Positions 58,119-64,000 of a stretch of DNA of 64,000 bases are shown in pieces. Each line of letters starts with the position of its first letter. The stretch's first letter is position 1. Position numbers and translations under genes: made by a program. Origin of the DNA: an uncultured Pseudobdellovibrionaceae bacterium (GTDB lineage Bacteria; Bdellovibrionota; Bdellovibrionia; Bdellovibrionales; JAGQZY01); contig CAZPOV010000009.1 in NCBI GenBank assembly GCA_964588335.1, positions 64,433-128,432 on the forward strand, given 5' to 3'. The notes under the pieces were generated by a model. That model made no database searches. It had not been told where the DNA came from and worked only from the letters and a program-made list of their open reading frames with translations.

Positions 58119-60053
58119 ATGAAGCAACTCATAAAGACCTTATGCGATTATCCGGCTCATGAACGTGGACCCATCATTTTTAAAGACCACTTGGATTTTG
58201 GATACACCTTGAAAGATCTGGCCAGTGATTTTGTGCTGGACTGTGATCTTGGAAATGTAGCGATCTTTCCAGGGTCTTTCGAAGATCCGGAATTGAATTG
58301 GGACAATGATTGGGTTGAGTCGTTGCAGAGTAACTTCAAGTCCGCCGATGATTTACCTTGTACAGTGATTGTCAAAGGTGATCTCAAAGTTAAAAACTTG
58401 GTTCCAGTTGATCGTTTTAATCTGATTGTCTTGGGTGAAGTGCAGTGTGAAAACTTCTACGTTGGAGGCTCCACTTGGGTTTCAGTGGCCGGGAATGTGA
58501 AGGTCAAAAATCTTCTGAGTCAAGAATACAATGACACCCTCGCGGTCTTGTGCTCGTCGGTATCGGCTTCCTTTCTTGTGTTTGACAGCATTCCGAACTT
58601 GGTGGTTGAAAATTTTCAAGGGGATGTTTTCAGTTGTCGTCGCGGGGCCCTGGAAAAATTTATTGAAGATGGAGTGCAAGAGCCAAATACCGATTTTATG
58701 GCGCTTGCAGCTGCTGGAGAGAATCCTTTTAAAATTCTTTTGGAGGAAGCAAAAACCCGTTATCCAGATCATGTCGTTCGAGGAGTCATGCCTCAGGCTG
58801 ATAGCAAGTCTGTTAAGGTTAGTAAAGACTGTGGCCAAATCGAGGATTTTTCTGAAACTCTGAAACAAGTATGTTTTGATCGAGTCTCCGAAGATTACCA
58901 AGACAAGCTTGAATTTACCAAGACGATTCAAAAGGTTTTCGTTGTCAGTGAAAACCTTGAAGTTGATGGTGATCTTGATGATCGAACCTTTGATTTCCTT
59001 GATGATGAAGTTGCTGTTTACTTCAAGGCTAATCTGAAAGTGCATGGCAACATACACACTCGCCGTCATTTGATTGGTCTAGAGGAAATCAAGGCCAACA
59101 ATGTAATCAGTCAGAAGGGAAGTCTGTTCGCTCCTCGTATCGAAGTTGAAAACACGGTCGTTTTGGATGATGGCGAAGGTCTCTTTTTTGCCTCTCAATA
59201 CACCACTCCGAAGAATGTGATCGTTTTCTGTGAAGATAAGTCCGAGGATATTCTGATTTTTCAAGAAAACACTCTTTTTATATCAGTCAAAGATTTGGAA
59301 GCCCCAGATCTTGATCAAAGTTTTTTGAAAAAAATCCTTAACAAAGACCTCTATTCTAAAGACGAATTTATAAACAAAGAAAAACTTTTTGAAGCATTAA
59401 AACATAACCAAGAAGTCTTCATATTTAAAAACTTACCAAGAGTGGCACATTTAGCATCAAGAGTCAGTGGAGAGCAAGATTGCTTAGCTCCAGCCAAAAA
59501 GCTATGGCATTTAGGAGCTTGTAACTACATTGATGTTTTTGGAGATAAGGCTTCTTTGCTCCTAAAAATCGTTCGCAATCATAGAGACAGTCTATGGGCT
59601 GGTGGGCCATTGTTGAACCCCTATTCGGCTAAAATCATTGAAATGATTTTGTCGTGCACGAATTTTGATGGAGAAAAAACCGATGTCGACGCTCATTATT
59701 TCATCAACGAAATTTATCTCGACAAAGTCAGTCCATTGCACATGTCATTTTTAATGGTCGACCTCGAGTTGAGTGACTGTCTCATAGAACAAGGTGCCGA
59801 CCTTGCATTAACGTACCGAAATCAGAACAACTCATTTGACAATACCGTTTACGATTTAATGTTTCTTTGGGAGCGCAACACTCAAGATATGTTTGATCTG
59901 ATGCGTGAACAAAATAGTGCCAACCATTTGCAGCTATTCAAACAGGATACCGACGCTCAATACGAATTTTTGAAAAAACACAATTATCCAGGTATCGACG
60001 AAGTTTATCAGAAACTGAGTCATAGCATTGATACTTTTACATTGGCAGGCTAA
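58119..60053 (+). CDS. hypothetical protein, two beta-solenoid-like segments and an ankyrin-like C-terminal motif
   Basis: VIVKGDLKV/LIVLGEV/VAGNVKV repeats; SPLH...LIEQGAD. Confidence 0.65.
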   Translation: MKQLIKTLCDYPAHERGPIIFKDHLDFGYTLKDLASDFVLDCDLGNVAIFPGSFEDPELNWDNDWVESLQSNFKSADDLPCTVIVKGDLKVKNLVPVDRFNLIVLGEVQCENFYVGGSTWVSVAGNVKVKNLLSQEYNDTLAVLCSSVSASFLVFDSIPNLVVENFQGDVFSCRRGALEKFIEDGVQEPNTDFMALAAAGENPFKILLEEAKTRYPDHVVRGVMPQADSKSVKVSKDCGQIEDFSETLKQVCFDRVSEDYQDKLEFTKTIQKVFVVSENLEVDGDLDDRTFDFLDDEVAVYFKANLKVHGNIHTRRHLIGLEEIKANNVISQKGSLFAPRIEVENTVVLDDGEGLFFASQYTTPKNVIVFCEDKSEDILIFQENTLFISVKDLEAPDLDQSFLKKILNKDLYSKDEFINKEKLFEALKHNQEVFIFKNLPRVAHLASRVSGEQDCLAPAKKLWHLGACNYIDVFGDKASLLLKIVRNHRDSLWAGGPLLNPYSAKIIEMILSCTNFDGEKTDVDAHYFINEIYLDKVSPLHMSFLMVDLELSDCLIEQGADLALTYRNQNNSFDNTVYDLMFLWERNTQDMFDLMREQNSANHLQLFKQDTDAQYEFLKKHNYPGIDEVYQKLSHSIDTFTLAG

Positions 60054-60094
60054 GAAAAATGACAGATGTGTCCTCGCTTCTTAGCTTTGAGTCT

Positions 60095-60538
60095 TTAGCG
60101 GGGGACGTATTCGTCCTCGGAGTCTTCCTGGATTTTCAGTTGTTCAGAGATATCTTTTTTTGACCAAACTTTGCCACGGCCGACGCCCGGGCAAAAGGCG
60201 GCCACTTCTTTATTCCAAGTTTTAGCATCCATAACCTCGGGCCAAAACGGCCAGGTTCGACATTGGGTGGGGCGACCTTCATAAACTTGGCACTGTTTGT
60301 TGTCTAAAAATTGGCAATGACCCTTTTCACCGTCGATCAGGTGATAGACACCATCTTCTTTCTCGCAATACTGTTTTGTAAACTGACGAGTGGTTAAATT
60401 CAGGTGCTGGGCCATGCGAATACGATCTTGTTTGCTTAAATAAACATAACCGTACTCGCCATGGGAGACGCAGCAGCGGCCTGAGCCCTGGCATTCAAAG
60501 CGAATGCCCTCATGCCACCACTCTTTATTATCGGACAT
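60095..60538 (-). CDS. YkgJ family Fe-S/Zn cysteine cluster protein
   Basis: FECQGSGRCC, CQFL..CQVY.GRP.QCRTWPFW, CPG. Confidence 0.88.
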   Translation of the reverse strand: MSDNKEWWHEGIRFECQGSGRCCVSHGEYGYVYLSKQDRIRMAQHLNLTTRQFTKQYCEKEDGVYHLIDGEKGHCQFLDNKQCQVYEGRPTQCRTWPFWPEVMDAKTWNKEVAAFCPGVGRGKVWSKKDISEQLKIQEDSEDEYVPR

Positions 60539-61338
60539 TAAAACTTCGCAATCAAAGCTGTAGTGAACGTGAAGTCGGTGTACTTCGTGGCCCCCGGAGC
60601 TAATTTGTAACGGTAGCGACCCTCATAAGCCACTTTCAGAGAAAAGATATCTGTTAATACCGAAGTCAGGTAAGGGCTGTAATTCAAACGTTGATCGTTA
60701 GAAAAGTTGGTAACACTTGGTAAATACTCAACCCACGCACCTAGGCTAAAAGATTTGCTGTATGTATAATCAGCCTGGGCGTAAAGACGAGCATAATGAT
60801 ATTCGGGATAAAAAAGGTTTCCTACTCCGACTCGATTTTCTTTATATTCGTCTATTTCTGCTTGGGTGTCGGGTACAACCAAATCCTCTCGCGTGTAACG
60901 ATAACCAACCTCAAAAAATTGTTTGTATTTTTCTGAGTTGGCTGTGAAATATTTCACACCAATATCGGTGTCATGCCCATACTGAACCCCTTGGAACCGA
61001 TCGCCGCGCCAGCCGTGGGAGACAAATCCGTTAAACCATTTGGGTTCAAAGACTTTTTCATAGCGAAGGGTAGCCGCCCAGTTTTCGGCCGTCACATTTT
61101 TTGTGTCCGTTTCTGTGTCGACACCTGAGGTTTGAATGTAATGTCCGGTCAGCTGTAAAACATCGCGTGTCCAATTGTAGGTGGTTCGATGTTTTAGCGA
61201 AGTGGTTTCGGATTCTGAGTTCCCCCCAGTCACCACATATCCAAGGGCGGTTTCGTTTTCTAAACCGACTTTTTCTTCCTCCGCATAACTGAAGAGAGAG
61301 AATATGAGAATTGAAGCTAAAATCAGTGTACGAGTCAT
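60538..61338 (-). CDS. DUF481 (YdiY-like) outer-membrane protein
   Basis: signal peptide; LGYVVTGGNSESET; beta strands; terminal Phe. Confidence 0.8.
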   Translation of the reverse strand: MTRTLILASILIFSLFSYAEEEKVGLENETALGYVVTGGNSESETTSLKHRTTYNWTRDVLQLTGHYIQTSGVDTETDTKNVTAENWAATLRYEKVFEPKWFNGFVSHGWRGDRFQGVQYGHDTDIGVKYFTANSEKYKQFFEVGYRYTREDLVVPDTQAEIDEYKENRVGVGNLFYPEYHYARLYAQADYTYSKSFSLGAWVEYLPSVTNFSNDQRLNYSPYLTSVLTDIFSLKVAYEGRYRYKLAPGATKYTDFTFTTALIAKF

Positions 61339-61552
61339 GGGGAGATCCTTTCTTTTGCTTGGCTCAAAAGCTTTTGGGGTCCAAAGTAGTTTTCAATATA
61401 GTTAAAGAAGCCTTTAACAAAGGTCACTCACTAATGCGACCAGTCTTGAAACCAAGAGCAGCTCTGGCTGTTGGCTGACGGTTCCGTGTGAGCTCTCTCT
61501 GAAGGCCGGCCTCGATTTTTAAGGGTGGTTTTAGAAAGGGCCCGTTTTTGGC

Positions 61553-62593
61553 TTAAGGAGTGGGGTTTTGACTGCGCAGCAAGCAGCCCGCCAGCTTGAA
61601 AAGGATACGAGCGCCAACATTGGCGTCCCAGCCTTCAAGATCGTACTGAGATTCCGGAGCGACTTCACAAAGGTCAAATCCAATCACGCGTTTGCCAGAT
61701 TCAACGACTTCATGGAGAAGGGCTTCCATCTGAGGAAAGGTCAAGCCTCCGGGAACTGGGGTGCCCGTGCTGGGGCACAGATCCGGCGTCAGTCCATCCA
61801 CATCAAAAGAGATATACACCTGGTCACTGAGCTTAGAGACGGCCTCACGGCAAATGGCCCGCCAGGACTCACCATCAGACAATCTTAGGTTCACCTGCGA
61901 GTCCAAATAGCTGTGGATCTGTTTGTGGTCTTGGCTAAAAGACTTTTCCTCTGGGCAGAAATCACGAATTCCCAATTGCACCAAAGCTTCCGGCTTCAGA
62001 TCTTGCATCACATTAAACATGATCGAGGCATGGGAATGGTCGTAACCTTGGTAGGCTTTGCGTAAATCCATATGAGCATCGACATGCAAAATACTGATTT
62101 TATCAAACTTTTCTTTTAAGGCTTTGATCAATCCGTAGGGTGCTGAGTGATCACCGCCGACGGCAGCCACCCATTTGTTTTGCTGAAGACAAGTCTTGGC
62201 TTTTTGGTAAAGCCAGTCGTTCAGTTCGATTGAGGCTTTGTTGATTTCTCCTTGGATATCGGCATCTTCGCCTTTGATCTCTTCACCCTTTTCTAAAAGG
62301 TCTCGCAAAAACAAAGCCTTTTCTTTAAGAAGGCGCGATTGGCTAAGAATTTCTTCAGGGGTGGGGAACTGATATATCCCGTGGGTGTAAAATTCGCCGA
62401 AAAGGCCATCACAAAGGTCCATTTGCTTACTGGCGGCAAAAACCCCGTCCGGGCCCATTGAGGTTCCGTGACCAAATGAAGTGGTGACCTCCCAGGGAAC
62501 CGGAATGAAAACCAGTTGCGCCTTATCGTAGTCATAGGGAAGGGCGAAAACTCCAGAATCTTTTTGGCCAGTGGCATTCGGATCAAAACTCAT
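61553..62593 (-). CDS. speB: agmatinase/arginase family ureohydrolase
   Basis: GGDHS, DAHMD, SFDVDGL.P..CPSTGTPVPGG, DLCEV. Confidence 0.88.
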   Translation of the reverse strand: MSFDPNATGQKDSGVFALPYDYDKAQLVFIPVPWEVTTSFGHGTSMGPDGVFAASKQMDLCDGLFGEFYTHGIYQFPTPEEILSQSRLLKEKALFLRDLLEKGEEIKGEDADIQGEINKASIELNDWLYQKAKTCLQQNKWVAAVGGDHSAPYGLIKALKEKFDKISILHVDAHMDLRKAYQGYDHSHASIMFNVMQDLKPEALVQLGIRDFCPEEKSFSQDHKQIHSYLDSQVNLRLSDGESWRAICREAVSKLSDQVYISFDVDGLTPDLCPSTGTPVPGGLTFPQMEALLHEVVESGKRVIGFDLCEVAPESQYDLEGWDANVGARILFKLAGCLLRSQNPTP

Positions 62594-62628
62594 AGTTTTT
62601 CATACCCCATATTCTGTGAAAAAGAAAA

Positions 62629-64000
62629 TTACTGAGCCGAAGGCCGGTAATATTTTACCTTCTCTGGTTTCAATGGAGTGTTCCCCAATATTAAATCCGC
62701 CGACTTTTCAGCTGTCATCATGATGGGGGCGTAGATATTTCCGTTGGTAATATAGGGCATCACCGAACCATCGACCACACGCAGTCCTTCAAGACCGTGC
62801 ACTTTCATGGATGATGGATCGACCACCGCCATGTCGTCGACACCCATTTTGCACGTGCCACAGGGGTGAATGGCCGTTTCGCTGTCTTTGCGGACCCACT
62901 CCAAAATCTCTTCGTCGGTTTGCACCTCGGGGCCTGGAGACAGTTCGCCGCCGTTGTATTCAGACATGGCTTCTTGGTTCAAGATTTTTCGAGCCTTGTG
63001 GATCGCCTCCACCCATTCTTTCTCATCTTCTTTTGTCGATAAATAATTGAACAGCAAAGCGGGGTATTGCTTCGGGTCCTTCGATTTGATTTTGATGGAG
63101 CCACGGGAGTTTGAATACATCGGGCCCACATGAACCTGATAGCCATGGCCACCCTCCGGTGAACTGCCATCGTAACGGATGGCCAAAGGCAGGAAGTGAA
63201 ACATTAGATTTGGATATTTGTAGGTGTCATTAGAGCGAATAAAGCCACCGGCTTCAAAGTGGTTGGTCGCAGCCGGTCCCTTGCGAAACAGCCATTGCAA
63301 ACCAATCCAAGGTTTGCGGTACCATTTCAAAGCCGGGTTCATGGACACCGGTTTTTTACAAGAGTACTGCACGTAAACTTCCAAGTGATCTTGCAAGTTT
63401 TCACCCACCCCTTTTAGGTCGTGGACCACTGGAACGTCATGTTCTTCAAGCAATTCGGGATTGCCAACCCCAGACAGTTGTAAAAGTTGTGGAGAGCTCA
63501 CCGCTCCTGAGCAAAGAATAACTTCACCGGCACGAACTTGATGTCTTTTGCCTGATGAGTCTTCATACTCAATTCCAACAGCCCTTTTGCCCTCAAAAAG
63601 TATTTTAGTGGTCAGAACCTTCATTTTGAGGTCAAGGTTGGGTCGGTCTTTAATGGGATGATAGTAAGCGCGCGCTGCACTCCACCGGCGCCCTTTACGG
63701 ACATTGCGATCAAAAAGTCCAAAGCCTTCTTGTTGAAAGGCGTTGACGTCGTCTGTTCGAGGAAAGCCAGCTTGTTCACAAGACTTAAGAAAAGCTTGAA
63801 AGAGAGGATTAACGCCCGGACCTCTTTCTAAAACCAAGGGACCGTCGGTGCCGCGATACTGATTGCCACCGGCGGTGCAGTTTTCCATTTTTTTGAAGTA
63901 GGGGAGGCAGTGTGAATAGTCCCAGTTTTCCATGCCGGGGTCGGCTCCCCAGCGCTCGAAGTCCATGGGGTTACCCCGTTGAAAAATCATTCCATTAATA
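62629..64000 (-). CDS. betA: choline dehydrogenase (GMC oxidoreductase), 5' truncated by window edge
   Basis: [55 protein letters not shown]. Confidence 0.88.
   Translation of the reverse strand, partial: INGMIFQRGNPMDFERWGADPGMENWDYSHCLPYFKKMENCTAGGNQYRGTDGPLVLERGPGVNPLFQAFLKSCEQAGFPRTDDVNAFQQEGFGLFDRNVRKGRRWSAARAYYHPIKDRPNLDLKMKVLTTKILFEGKRAVGIEYEDSSGKRHQVRAGEVILCSGAVSSPQLLQLSGVGNPELLEEHDVPVVHDLKGVGENLQDHLEVYVQYSCKKPVSMNPALKWYRKPWIGLQWLFRKGPAATNHFEAGGFIRSNDTYKYPNLMFHFLPLAIRYDGSSPEGGHGYQVHVGPMYSNSRGSIKIKSKDPKQYPALLFNYLSTKEDEKEWVEAIHKARKILNQEAMSEYNGGELSPGPEVQTDEEILEWVRKDSETAIHPCGTCKMGVDDMAVVDPSSMKVHGLEGLRVVDGSVMPYITNGNIYAPIMMTAEKSADLILGNTPLKPEKVKYYRPSAQ

Noticed and set aside
1-64000. CRISPR array, rRNA, prophage, and the many short ORFs overlapping long genes
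   Set aside because: No regularly spaced repeats, rRNA signatures or phage genes seen; short overlapping ORFs lack motifs and are treated as shadows.

Overview
Gene-dense bacterial chromosomal window. The repertoire (many orphan lipoproteins and beta-barrels, Cys-rich prepilin-like proteins, PomAB-type stator, Bacteroidota-like long Phe hydroxylase, sigma54 and sigma28 promoters) suggests a Bdellovibrionota genome, possibly marine or halotolerant; this is inference, not a database result. Most of it is housekeeping: SulP/carbonic anhydrase, MATE, RhlE, amidase, Ser/Thr kinase, motAB, nth, metH, hldD, ahpC, xth, dksA-like, agmatinase, betA. Three regions stand out. (1) An AT-richer accessory patch right after tRNA-Ser(GGA): a Y1/HUH REP-associated tyrosine transposase (RAYT) is bracketed by an 18-bp hairpin-forming inverted repeat, and a decayed ~201-bp copy of its 5' end brackets an orphan sigma54-driven lipoprotein gene. 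(2) A ~12-kb locus (38.9-50.9 kb) with three paralogous pilin-like genes interleaved with candidate membrane-modifying enzymes: DUF1624-like acyltransferase, membrane-fused aminopropyltransferase, His-motif membrane protein and HTTM protein. (3) A secreted, acidic leader ORF ending in RPPRA upstream of carbonic anhydrase-SulP, resembling ribosome-arrest leader peptides. No CRISPR array, rRNA or prophage was seen. All product calls come from motif recognition by eye.
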